64,000 nucleotides of DNA, from the NCBI GenBank assembly GCA_963743195.1, contig CAVUOO010000001.1, positions 289,630 through 353,629 of the forward strand, in the 5' to 3' direction. Position numbers and translations under genes: made by a program. Every line of letters starts with the position of its first letter. Within the stretch, counting starts at the first letter, position 1. The notes beneath the pieces are model-generated. The model was not told the origin of the DNA. It saw nothing but the letters and a program-made list of their open reading frames with translations, and ran no database searches. This DNA is from an uncultured Gemmatimonadales bacterium. Its GTDB lineage: Bacteria; Gemmatimonadota; Gemmatimonadetes; Gemmatimonadales; GWC2-71-9. This document shows positions 28,210 to 36,997 of this stretch, piece after piece.

Positions 28210-30873
28210 TTAGTCTTTCCCGCGCGCCGATGGCAGGGCCGGGTGGAGGAGCAACGTGACGATCTCGTGGCCACTCGCGGTAAATCGAACGGTTCGTCCG
28301 TCCTCGACGTCGAGCGGAACCGTCTCCCGCTCATCGGCACGCGTTCGTGCTGCGGAGACCAGCGCAAAAGGAGCGCGGTAGGAGCCGGTCGCCGGGGACT
28401 CCACCAGCGTTGTAGCACCGCAGCACGACACCCTCGCCGTCCTCGGCCGGCTTGAGCGCCGAGAAGACGATGCCGTCGCCGGTCAGCTCCGAGTCGAGAG
28501 CGGGAGGCCGAAACGCGGTCGCTTGCCGCAGCCAGATCGCCCGGGGTGGAATGAAGAGATCTTCCCACAACCGGGGAAGGAACGTGCCATCGCGAAGGTC
28601 CGGCGATCGGAGAGGACAGACGGCCAGTTGCCATCGGTGCAGCCCGTGCTCCTGAGCGTCGGGCGTTGCGACCGGCCACCCGGCGTGGCCGGGACGGGTC
28701 GAGAGATTGGCCCGCGACAATTGCCCGATCGCCCGAAAGAGCGTCAGGAGCAGCTCGCCAGCGGGCGTGAGCTCGTACTCGAAGAATCCCGGTGCAAGAA
28801 CGGCCAGGCCGCGCTCCTGGGAAGCGTGTGCCACAAACCGATGAGCGGGGGCGGTCGCGACCGGCGTCTCCGCCGGATACATGAGGTCGGCCTGGACAAC
28901 CGGCTCGCGTTCGGCCATCCCAAACGGCGCCCCGGCCACGGACGTGCCGCCGGCGACGCCGGTCGGCAGCGCGACACGTAGACGATGATCCGATGCGCGG
29001 TTCTCCACCTCCAGTGTGATGCGAAGAACCGGCGACTCATCGTGCAGGGACAGCGTGGTTTTCATCGAGACGTCGCCGGTCTCGAGGCGAATCGCGCCGA
29101 TCATCTCGAGTGCGGCGACCAGCGGTCCCTCCGCCGTCACCCGAGTCCGTATCGGTCCCTCGAGCGAAACCAGGCGACCCTGAGACGGAGGTGAGTAGGT
29201 GTAGGTGTCTCCCACATCCCCGCCGGACTCGAATCGCAGCAGGCCGGGGTATCGCTGACCGGTTCGCTTGTCGCCGAGTCGCACCGTACCGTCGCCGGAG
29301 ACCGACACGGCGATCAGGTCATTCTGGAGCCGCGTCCCCGCACTGCGGGTCTTTCCTCGCAACCTGCCCTGACCCGCTTCGGTGGGAACGAGCTTTGTCA
29401 GGCCAAACCCGGCGAGATCCGGAGATCGGAAGGCGACCCGTGTGACCTCGACCTCGTCCTGATCGGGGTAATGCCTAGCCGAGTCGAGCCGTTCGTGGGC
29501 AAAAGCGCAGCCAAGGACCTGCAGCGCCACGTCGCCGTCGGGCCCGGCAAGAGCGACCGGCCGGAGGCCGTCCCCATGGCGAGGCCTGCGATTGCCTGGC
29601 GGACCCACGAGCACATCGCCGAGGAAGGCCGTGAGATCGGCGATGATCACGCCGCTGCGCCTCCGCGGCACTCCATTCCACAGCACGAGCGCCGGCGCTG
29701 CCTTCGCAGGCTCATCTCGCGCGCCGTCCGGGTCGTTTCCGATAAGCACGTCGAGCGACCGCCGTGCGACCTCCCTCGCGACGATCTCGGCGTCGGCAAT
29801 CCGGGTCTTCACACGATGAGAGACGTCATCCGACGTACAACCGCCGATCGAGTCGTGGAACTGTGAGCGCAGCAGCGTCCGCCACGCGTCGCGGAGGATC
29901 TTTTCGAGAGGTCGGGAGACCAGACCCGTGCGCCAGCGCGGAGAGCGGCTCCGCGATCCGCTCGAGCCAGAGCTCGGCTTCGCTGTGACGGCGCTTGAGC
30001 GCCGCCCGGGTCCCGTGAACCCCCTGCAGTGTCCAGGTGTACCCGTATGACCAGCGCAGCTCCCCGCGCAAGGCCGGCACCAGGCCGGCCTCTCTCGAGG
30101 CCGCTGTCAGGAATTCGTCGAGTCGTGAGATGCGCACCTGGCATTCCGGCTCGATCTCGGCGAGAAGATCTCGCAATCGGCAGAACTCGGGATGGACGGC
30201 GTGGTGGTCGGCACCGACAAACACCGCGACGTGGGAGGTCACAGCGCGCGCGACCAGCTCCGCCCGAAGAGGCCCCCACACCTGCGGGAGCTCCTCCGGG
30301 TCGGCAGGAAGATCCATCCCGACCTCGTAGCCCTGGGGCGGGAAGTGGTAGAGCAGAACCGCGTGGCCGTCAGGGCCCGAACCAACGAAAGAGATCGCCC
30401 TCTCCGACCCGGTCCCCTCCGAGGCCTCTCCACAGCGCCCCGAAGCGGATTCCGGACTCTCGAGCGAGGGTCGGCCAGACCCCGGGATGCCCGAACGCGT
30501 CGGGGGAGTAGAGCACGTCGGATCGTCCCCCGAGCCGCTCGGCATCGCTGGCTCCAGCCAGGAGGTTTCGCACCAGCGATTCGCCGGAGGGAATCAGCTC
30601 GTCGGCCAGAACGTACCAGGGACCTATCTGCAGGCGACCATCGGTCACCAGCCGTCGCACGGAATCGGTTCGTTCCGGGCGAACTCGCAGGTAGTCCTCG
30701 AGCAGGACCGTCTGGCCATCGAGGAGAAAACTTCTGAAGCACGGGTCTGCCTCGAGACGGGCGATCAGGTCGTCGAGAGCCGGCACTAGTCGCGCGACGA
30801 ACGCTGCGCGAGGCAGATACCACTCGCGGTCCCAGTGCGTGTGCGCGAGCAGGTGAAAGGTGTATTGCTTCAC
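28210..30873 (-). pseudogene. GH38 alpha-mannosidase / mannosylglycerate hydrolase-like gene broken by at least 3 frameshifts
   Basis: N-terminal piece MKQYTFHLLAHTHWDREWYLP carries the GH38 signature. Pieces 30370-30873, 29826-30545, 28331-29812 and 28210-28431 join as ...LFRWFGP/DGHAVLLYH..., ...ALAHG/LVSRPLEKILRDAWRTLLRSQFHDSIGGC... and ...VVLRCYNA/LVESP.... Confidence 0.8.
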
Positions 30874-30889
30874 CGGGAAACCGGACGAT

Positions 30890-31051
30890 TCAATGACTGC
30901 GCCGGAATACTACAGAGGCGAGCTTCAGCGCGACCAGTCCGGCAGCGGCGTATCCGACGTAGGTCCAGTTCACGCTGTTGGCAAAATTCGAGACACGGAG
31001 TGCGAGGGAGTGGACCGCCGTTCCGGCGAGGAGCATCGCGTATTCCACCAT
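30890..31051 (-). CDS. Small membrane protein candidate (53 aa)
   Basis: Internal ATG at 31051 gives MVEYAMLLAGTAVHSLALRVSNFANSVNWTYVGYAAAGLVALKLASVVFRRSH, with two hydrophobic segments. No family recognised. Confidence 0.3.
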   Translation of the reverse strand: MVEYAMLLAGTAVHSLALRVSNFANSVNWTYVGYAAAGLVALKLASVVFRRSH

Positions 31052-31103
31052 GGGGCTAGTGTACGACCCGCTCTCCGCCGAGTCAATGAGACTCGCGCCG
31101 GAA

Positions 31104-32234
31104 TCACAGGAGCCGGCGGGTCGCCGCGCGGAACCGATCGTGATCGAGCAACCCGGCAATCGACTGACCCGGCACGGTCATGGTGCCGTCAGAGGACATC
31201 GTCAGCTCGATCACATCCCTGCCCTCACCGAACCATCTTGCACTCGGCTCCACGTCGGAGGGATAGATGAAGCCCGGGAGACTGGCGGCTGCGATGGCAG
31301 CCTGGGAACCCAGCCCCGACTCGGGCATGGTACCGGCCCACAGACTGATGCCCGCCTCGTGCGCCAACCGCACGATGCGGATGGTCTCCGACAGCCCCCC
31401 GACTCTGTGGACCTTCAGATTCCAGACGACCGGACCATCGAGCTCGAGCAGTTGGCGCGCGGCTCGTGCGTCGCGAAGTGTCTCGTCCACGCACACCGGC
31501 GTGCGGAGCTCATGGGTGAGCCGAGCGTGTCCAACGAGCTCGTCAGGGGCAAGCGGCTGCTCGATGTACAGCAGTCCCACGTCGTCGAGACTCCGCAACG
31601 CAGTCTCATGCTCCGGCCATTCGTAGGCACCATTCGCGTCCACCGTGAGCGGGAGTCCGGTGCCGGCCAAGGCAGACGCCGCTGCCGATACCGGCACCGT
31701 ATCCCACCCGGGGGCCACTTTGATTTTTACTCGCCGATAGCCCTTCGTCAGCGCCGCCTCGATCCAACGACGTAGCGTCTCCGTCGATCGGTCCCCCGGA
31801 ATGCCAAGGGCGACACCGCATGGCAGCGACGGCGCCGCTTCGACGTCAAGGCGTTCGGCAATCACGGCGGCGAGGCCGGTACCGCGGCGGCAAGCTTCGA
31901 GGTCCCACATCGCCGTCTCGAGCGACGCCCGCGCGAACGGATTGCCACGCACGCCGAACCGGAGTACTTGATCGGCGTCCTCGGGCGAGGCGATCTCGCG
32001 GCCGACCAGCCGAGGAATCAGCACGTCGGTGAGGAGCGAGCGCGCACCGGCAAGGGTTTCCTCCGAATAAAACGGAAGCTCGAAGGGTGGGGATTCCCCG
32101 TACCCGACGTGTCCTTCGCCGTCGTGCAGCGCGACCACGAGTGACCGCCGGTCGCGCATGGTGCCACCGGAGATGGCGAAGGGCTCCAGCAAGGGCAGGG
32201 TCAGATCGTACAGCTCGATCGTCTCGATCTTCAT
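31104..32234 (-). CDS. Enolase-superfamily enzyme of the o-succinylbenzoate synthase / N-succinylamino-acid racemase type
   Basis: KxK in RRVKIKV, metal ligands in VDANGAY, YIEQPL and CVDET, second catalytic Lys in NLKVHRVGG. Overall collinear with my recollection of Amycolatopsis NSAR/OSBS. Confidence 0.85.
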   Translation of the reverse strand: MKIETIELYDLTLPLLEPFAISGGTMRDRRSLVVALHDGEGHVGYGESPPFELPFYSEETLAGARSLLTDVLIPRLVGREIASPEDADQVLRFGVRGNPFARASLETAMWDLEACRRGTGLAAVIAERLDVEAAPSLPCGVALGIPGDRSTETLRRWIEAALTKGYRRVKIKVAPGWDTVPVSAAASALAGTGLPLTVDANGAYEWPEHETALRSLDDVGLLYIEQPLAPDELVGHARLTHELRTPVCVDETLRDARAARQLLELDGPVVWNLKVHRVGGLSETIRIVRLAHEAGISLWAGTMPESGLGSQAAIAAASLPGFIYPSDVEPSARWFGEGRDVIELTMSSDGTMTVPGQSIAGLLDHDRFRAATRRLL

Positions 32235-33385
32235 GCAGGTCTGGCGGCGCGGGGCACGGTGGTGAGATCGAGGTAATGCAGCTCGCCGCCGCGCCGCTCG
32301 AGGATGCCCGCCATCTCGAGCTCCAGCATCACGGCCACAAGCCCGTCGACCGGATCAAACAGGAGCGCGTGCAGTGCCCGTTGTGTGCGCGATCCCGCGA
32401 CGGCCGGATATTCGCGCAATGGCAGCTGGAAGAATGTGTGGAGCTGCGCGCACTCGCAGCCGAGCCGCGCGTAATCGAGCAGCAGACGTCCGGAGCAGAC
32501 ATTTCCGGTGCCGGCCAACGACGGTACGTCCGTCACACGGGGGCGGGAGGCGAGCACGCGCAGGTTGCGATCGCTGAGATCGTATCCGCCGTACGCCACG
32601 CCTGCCGTCGCGTCCCACAGGCGATTGAAGCAGACGAGGGTGTCGGCGGCGCCGGCCGCATGCATCATCTCGACCTGGAACTCGTCATCGAAGCGGGCAT
32701 TCATCAGCTTGAGGGCGAGGTGAACCGGAACAGGAGCGGCCTCGCGAATCCGCGTCGGCACCTCCCGAAGCCACCTGAGGATCTGCTCGCGTTCATCGGC
32801 CAGGGCATCGCCGGCGAGGGTGGGGGAGAAGTCCTTCTCGATCGGGAGTGGTCCGTCGCCCCAGGCCCCGGCGATCCCACCGATCGTGTACCGGTATTCA
32901 CGCTCTCGAAACGGCTCATCGAGACGCGGGAGGTGCAGTTTGGCTGAAGGGACAACGACGAGCTCGCCGGCGCGGGTGAGATCGCGCCCCGCGCGGACGA
33001 GTCCGAGATAGTCCTCGAAGGAGCGATCCCACCCCCGACCCTTCCATGTCACCGTCCACCCTTCCACATCTCCGATCGAGCGTCGCCGCTCGACCCGCAT
33101 CTTGGTCTCGTGGATGGCCCAGGCACCCATCGAGCGCTCACCCGCCGCATCTTCGCCGATCACGGTCTTCAGCACGACGAATGCCAGGCCTGCCGTACGA
33201 TCGGCTTCGAGCTGATCGAGATTCAGTGACAGCTGACCCGAGCCCTTTCCAATCGGGTGTGGCAGCGTGTAGCCCAGGTACCGGGCAGTCAGATCGACGC
33301 GATAGGTCTCCCTGATATAGGCGGCGGCATCGCGGGGGAGCTCGCGCCCGAAGCGCTCGAAGTCATGCTGCAGGCGAGCGGACAT
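32231..33385 (-). CDS. TIM-barrel protein, dihydroorotate/dihydropyrimidine dehydrogenase-like (tentative)
   Basis: YLGYTLPHPIGKGSGQLSLNLDQLE...GLAFVVLKTV resembles the DHOD-like N-terminal strand pattern. ATGA overlap with the enolase gene. Start at 33385 or 33451. The family call is weak. Confidence 0.5.
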   Translation of the reverse strand: MSARLQHDFERFGRELPRDAAAYIRETYRVDLTARYLGYTLPHPIGKGSGQLSLNLDQLEADRTAGLAFVVLKTVIGEDAAGERSMGAWAIHETKMRVERRRSIGDVEGWTVTWKGRGWDRSFEDYLGLVRAGRDLTRAGELVVVPSAKLHLPRLDEPFREREYRYTIGGIAGAWGDGPLPIEKDFSPTLAGDALADEREQILRWLREVPTRIREAAPVPVHLALKLMNARFDDEFQVEMMHAAGAADTLVCFNRLWDATAGVAYGGYDLSDRNLRVLASRPRVTDVPSLAGTGNVCSGRLLLDYARLGCECAQLHTFFQLPLREYPAVAGSRTQRALHALLFDPVDGLVAVMLELEMAGILERRGGELHYLDLTTVPRAARPA

Positions 33386-34244
33386 GACCCACCAAACGCT
33401 CGACGGCGTGGCGCTCTGTCTGAGGGAGTGGTGGGCCCCAGGGGTCGTCACACGCCGTAGCCGGGATCGCGCCCTCGGCGGCGGCCGCCCAGAGCATGCG
33501 GCGGACGTAACCTTCCATTGGCGGGATGAACGTCACTTGCGAGAATCGGTCGCAGAGTTCGGACAATCTCATGAAGCCGACCCAGTCGCCGCCGGCATAC
33601 GCGCGAAGAAGGTCGGCCTGGACATCCGGCAGCGCGGCGCCCATGCCAATCAACGCCGCTCGTGCCCCGAGCATGAGCGAGTAGCCCAGAAACCGGTCTT
33701 CACCCGTGATGAGGAGCTTGCCGGGATGGCTCCGCATGACGGCGGCGATGCGTTGCACGGTCATCACCGAGTCGAGAGTCGCCACCTTGATTCCAACGAT
33801 GCCGGGGAGATCGAGAATCGCATGCAGGGTCGCGTCGTCATAGGCGACGCCGCCGGCGGCTTCGTAGAGATAGAACGCGATGCCAGGCAGCTCGCGGCTC
33901 AGCCGGGAATGGTGCGGGACCGGGTCGTTGCGCTCGGGAAAGATGAGGAGAGCATCGGCTCGACCGCGCCGCGCCTCGATCGCCGTCGTCACATCCCGCG
34001 CGCCCGCAACGATCACGCCCGTGGGCATGGCCTCCCGCCACGTCTCGAGCACGAGATGCCGCTGCTCCGGCGACAGGTGCGGCCCGCGACCGGTGTGCGC
34101 CCACACGGCCACTCCGGCAACCGGCTGCGACGCCATCCACGAGGCATACTGTCGCTGTGCTGACGCGTCGATCTCGCTTCCACGAAACGGAACCGGCACC
34201 GCCGGCACCAATCCCCATTCGAGTCGTTCGGCGAGGGGCCTCAC
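33363..34244 (-). CDS. DapA/DHDPS-family (class I aldolase-like) protein
   Basis: GTG at 34244 overlaps the upstream stop (GTGA). VPVPFRGSEIDASAQRQYASWMASQPVAGVAVWAHTGRG...VIVAGA is DHDPS/NAL-family-like. Confidence 0.7.
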   Translation of the reverse strand: MRPLAERLEWGLVPAVPVPFRGSEIDASAQRQYASWMASQPVAGVAVWAHTGRGPHLSPEQRHLVLETWREAMPTGVIVAGARDVTTAIEARRGRADALLIFPERNDPVPHHSRLSRELPGIAFYLYEAAGGVAYDDATLHAILDLPGIVGIKVATLDSVMTVQRIAAVMRSHPGKLLITGEDRFLGYSLMLGARAALIGMGAALPDVQADLLRAYAGGDWVGFMRLSELCDRFSQVTFIPPMEGYVRRMLWAAAAEGAIPATACDDPWGPPLPQTERHAVERLVGHVRSPAA

Positions 34245-35023
34245 GGCCTCGTTCCGGCGCGAAGCGCGTGAACGTTGCCGGCTTCGATCGCCGACCTGTC
34301 TTCCGCGGTGAGATCGAGGAGGTCGAGCTTGGCAGCCGCATTCTCCGGGATCCGAAGCGGCTGGCCCGTCCCCAGAACAAAGCGGTCTCGTCCCACCGTG
34401 CGAAGCAGTGTCTGCAGATGATCCTCGGGCGGTCCCCAGATCCAACAGATGTCCCACCAGATACGTGCGGCCTCCTCGGCGGTCGATCCAAAGTGCACTT
34501 CTTCAAGAAAAGGTCGATCGGCGTGGGTGACGAGGAGCCGGAGACGTGGATCGCTTCTGATGAGCGCGCGAACCGCCGAAGCAGGGAGCTCTCCGGCGCG
34601 ATCGTTCGGGTGTCGCTGGCGCCCGTCTTCCAGGCGCACCGTCAACACCAGAGGAAGGCCCGCGGCGGCACACGCCGCGGCGAGGGCTCGCATCCCCTGC
34701 CCCGATGGGTCGATCGCGTAGAAGGCGGGGTCGGCGCGCAGCGCGGGGGCCTGAGCGGCACGTGCCGACTCCACTGCGTCGCGCCAACCTGCGATCCCCG
34801 GATGCGCCGCGGGGACGGGGCGGAGCCGAGGGATCCGGGCGCACGTCTCGAGCAGCCATGCGTTACCCGCTGCGGGATCGCGCCAGAAAACACCGGGCAG
34901 GTGGGTCACCCAGGCCTCGTCGATCGCGAGCCGATCCATCGCCGCGATCACCGATTCCGGCGATGTGCCGGGCACGCGACGGAACGGATAGGCGCCGAGG
35001 AAGGCGTTGACGTCGATGCGCAT
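34241..35023 (-). CDS. Amidohydrolase_2-like metal-dependent hydrolase
   Basis: ATG at 35023 shares one base with the upstream stop (TGATG). MRIDVNAFLGAYPFR ... LVLTVRLEDGRQRH ... FVLGTGQPL is TIM-barrel hydrolase-like. Confidence 0.6.
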   Translation of the reverse strand: MRIDVNAFLGAYPFRRVPGTSPESVIAAMDRLAIDEAWVTHLPGVFWRDPAAGNAWLLETCARIPRLRPVPAAHPGIAGWRDAVESARAAQAPALRADPAFYAIDPSGQGMRALAAACAAAGLPLVLTVRLEDGRQRHPNDRAGELPASAVRALIRSDPRLRLLVTHADRPFLEEVHFGSTAEEAARIWWDICWIWGPPEDHLQTLLRTVGRDRFVLGTGQPLRIPENAAAKLDLLDLTAEDRSAIEAGNVHALRAGTRP

Positions 35024-35823
35024 CAGTCGGAGGGGAACGCGCCGGACGGAAAGATGCGTACGGCGTTGCCCCAGCGGACCAGCTCGAGTTGCGGCGGGTC
35101 CAGGAGGTGCTCGAGGTAACGCAACTTTGCCCAGCCGGTCTCCATGGTGAGATCGCATCCCCATAAGAGGCGCTGTACCCCGACGGCCTCGAGACAGGCC
35201 TCGAGCATCCCCCCGTCTACGCCGCTTCCGGACAGATCCACCATGACATTCGACAACCCGCGGATCGCCGGCAGACTCTCGAGCCAGTCGCCGCCGCCGC
35301 CGATGTGCGCGAGGAGGAAGATGACCGTCGGGTGCCGGCGCGCGAGCTCGCCCAGCTCCCACGCATCGGACGCTTCTTGCCCGGCATACTCTCCGCGCCG
35401 ACTCTGCCACACGTGATGCAGAATCGGCACTCTCCGTTCGGCGGCGGCTCGGCAGATCCGATCGACAAGCGGATCGTTCGCACGACGGCTGGCGGCGAGC
35501 TTGATGCCGATCATGCCGGCGTCGAGGCAGCGCGCGATCTCCTCGAGTGCCTCACGGGGATAGTTGGGATTGACCGTCACGTAGCTTCGGATCCGGTCGG
35601 GATGCTGGCGTTGGAGGGCGAGCATGGCGTCATTGCCATAGCGCAGATCGGTCAACGACGGAAAGTAGGTGGGAGAGGTGTGGCCCCAACTGCCCAGAAT
35701 GGAAGCGACGTGGGTGCTGATCCCGATCCGATCCCCGGCCCGCAATCGGCTGGCGTTGCGCTCCCGCCAGTCGCAGCGCGGCGTGCGATCGTGCAGGAAA
35801 TGGGCGTGGACGTCGATCAGCAC
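35023..35823 (-). CDS. Amidohydrolase_2-family metal-dependent hydrolase
   Basis: GTG at 35823 with GGAG 8 nt upstream. VLIDVHAHF ... IGIKLAA ... VPILHHV ... FLLAHIGGG ... LLWGCDL carries the typical His/Asp ligand pattern. Confidence 0.7.
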   Translation of the reverse strand: MLIDVHAHFLHDRTPRCDWRERNASRLRAGDRIGISTHVASILGSWGHTSPTYFPSLTDLRYGNDAMLALQRQHPDRIRSYVTVNPNYPREALEEIARCLDAGMIGIKLAASRRANDPLVDRICRAAAERRVPILHHVWQSRRGEYAGQEASDAWELGELARRHPTVIFLLAHIGGGGDWLESLPAIRGLSNVMVDLSGSGVDGGMLEACLEAVGVQRLLWGCDLTMETGWAKLRYLEHLLDPPQLELVRWGNAVRIFPSGAFPSD

Positions 35824-35827
35824 GCCG

Positions 35828-36997
35828 CTACTCCGCTCGCTGCAGGGTGGCGAGTGACTCCTCGAGCACCGCGAGACTTCGATCGATCGTCGCATCGTCG
35901 TGCGCGAGCGAGACGAAGTTATACGCCGAGCGCTTGAAGAGCAGTCCACGCCGAGCCGCCGCGCGCGCGAAGTTCCCCGACGTCGCCTCGTCGCGAAACT
36001 CGAGAAAACACATCTCGGCGATACCGCCGACGCCGGCGACGATATCGGGGCGCATCTGGGCCAGACGGCGGAGACCTGACAGTAACCGAGCGCCCACACG
36101 CGCCAGTTGCGTCGGCACCTGCTGATCCACCATCACCTGCAGGGTGGCCAGCGCCGCGGCGAGCGCCACCCACTCGGTGGCCAGCGTCGACGATATCCAG
36201 GTCCGGCGGACTCCCGACATCGCCGACGCCGTTCCGCCGACGGCGGCGAGCGGGAAGCCGTTCGCCATCGCCTTTGCCATGACGACGAGATCGGGCTCGA
36301 GGCCGTAGCGCTCCGTCGCTCCACCCACCGCGATGCGACAACCGGTCTTGATTTCGTCCACCACAAGCAGCGCACCGATGCGCCGGGTCTCCTCCCGCAG
36401 GACGGCCAGCCACTCCCGGCTCGGCTCCTTGAGGATGATCGGCTCGAACACGACGGCGGCGAGACGATCACCGACGCGCCGGATGCTCTCGCGCGTGCGC
36501 TCCGGATCGTCGAAGGCAATCTGACCGTACAATGCCCGGGTTGCCGCCGGGACGCCGGTCTGCTCCTTTGCCTCGCACCAGTCGAGCCATCCGTGATAAC
36601 CGCAGCCCAGAATCCGATCGCGACCGGTCGTCACGCGGGCGAGGCGGACGGCGGCGGCCATCGCTTCCGCCCCAGTCTTGAGAAAACGCACCTGCTCCAT
36701 CGGCCGGACACAGCGGATCAGCTCCGCCGCCACCTGCTCTTCGAGCACGGGCGCGAGGGAGCCGACCGCACCATCGCGCAGGGCAGCGATCGCGGCGTCG
36801 GTGACGGCCGGATACCCGTATCCCAACGCCACGGCCCCGAGGCCCATGATGTAGTCGACATACTCTCGACCGCGGTCGTCCCAGATGCGACAGCCCGCCG
36901 AGCGAGTCATGCGGGATGGAAGGTCCGCGTCGTCCGTGCCGAAGATTGCCTGGGGACGCTTGCTGCCGGTCGAGGTGAATCCCGCGACGGAGCTCAT
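35828..36997 (-). CDS. Class III PLP aminotransferase (glutamate-1-semialdehyde aminomutase-like)
   Basis: GLGAVALGYGYP, LVVDEIKTG, and the putative PLP-lysine in VVMAKAMANGFP. Its start abuts the upstream stop (TAGATG). Confidence 0.85.
   Translation of the reverse strand: MSSVAGFTSTGSKRPQAIFGTDDADLPSRMTRSAGCRIWDDRGREYVDYIMGLGAVALGYGYPAVTDAAIAALRDGAVGSLAPVLEEQVAAELIRCVRPMEQVRFLKTGAEAMAAAVRLARVTTGRDRILGCGYHGWLDWCEAKEQTGVPAATRALYGQIAFDDPERTRESIRRVGDRLAAVVFEPIILKEPSREWLAVLREETRRIGALLVVDEIKTGCRIAVGGATERYGLEPDLVVMAKAMANGFPLAAVGGTASAMSGVRRTWISSTLATEWVALAAALATLQVMVDQQVPTQLARVGARLLSGLRRLAQMRPDIVAGVGGIAEMCFLEFRDEATSGNFARAAARRGLLFKRSAYNFVSLAHDDATIDRSLAVLEESLATLQRAE

Noticed and set aside
30890-31159. 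Possible Flp/Fap-type pilin (…MVEYAMLLAG…)
   Set aside because: The G/xxxEY prepilin-cleavage spacing does not fit, and no tad/cpa genes are nearby. I kept it only as a low-confidence small membrane ORF.
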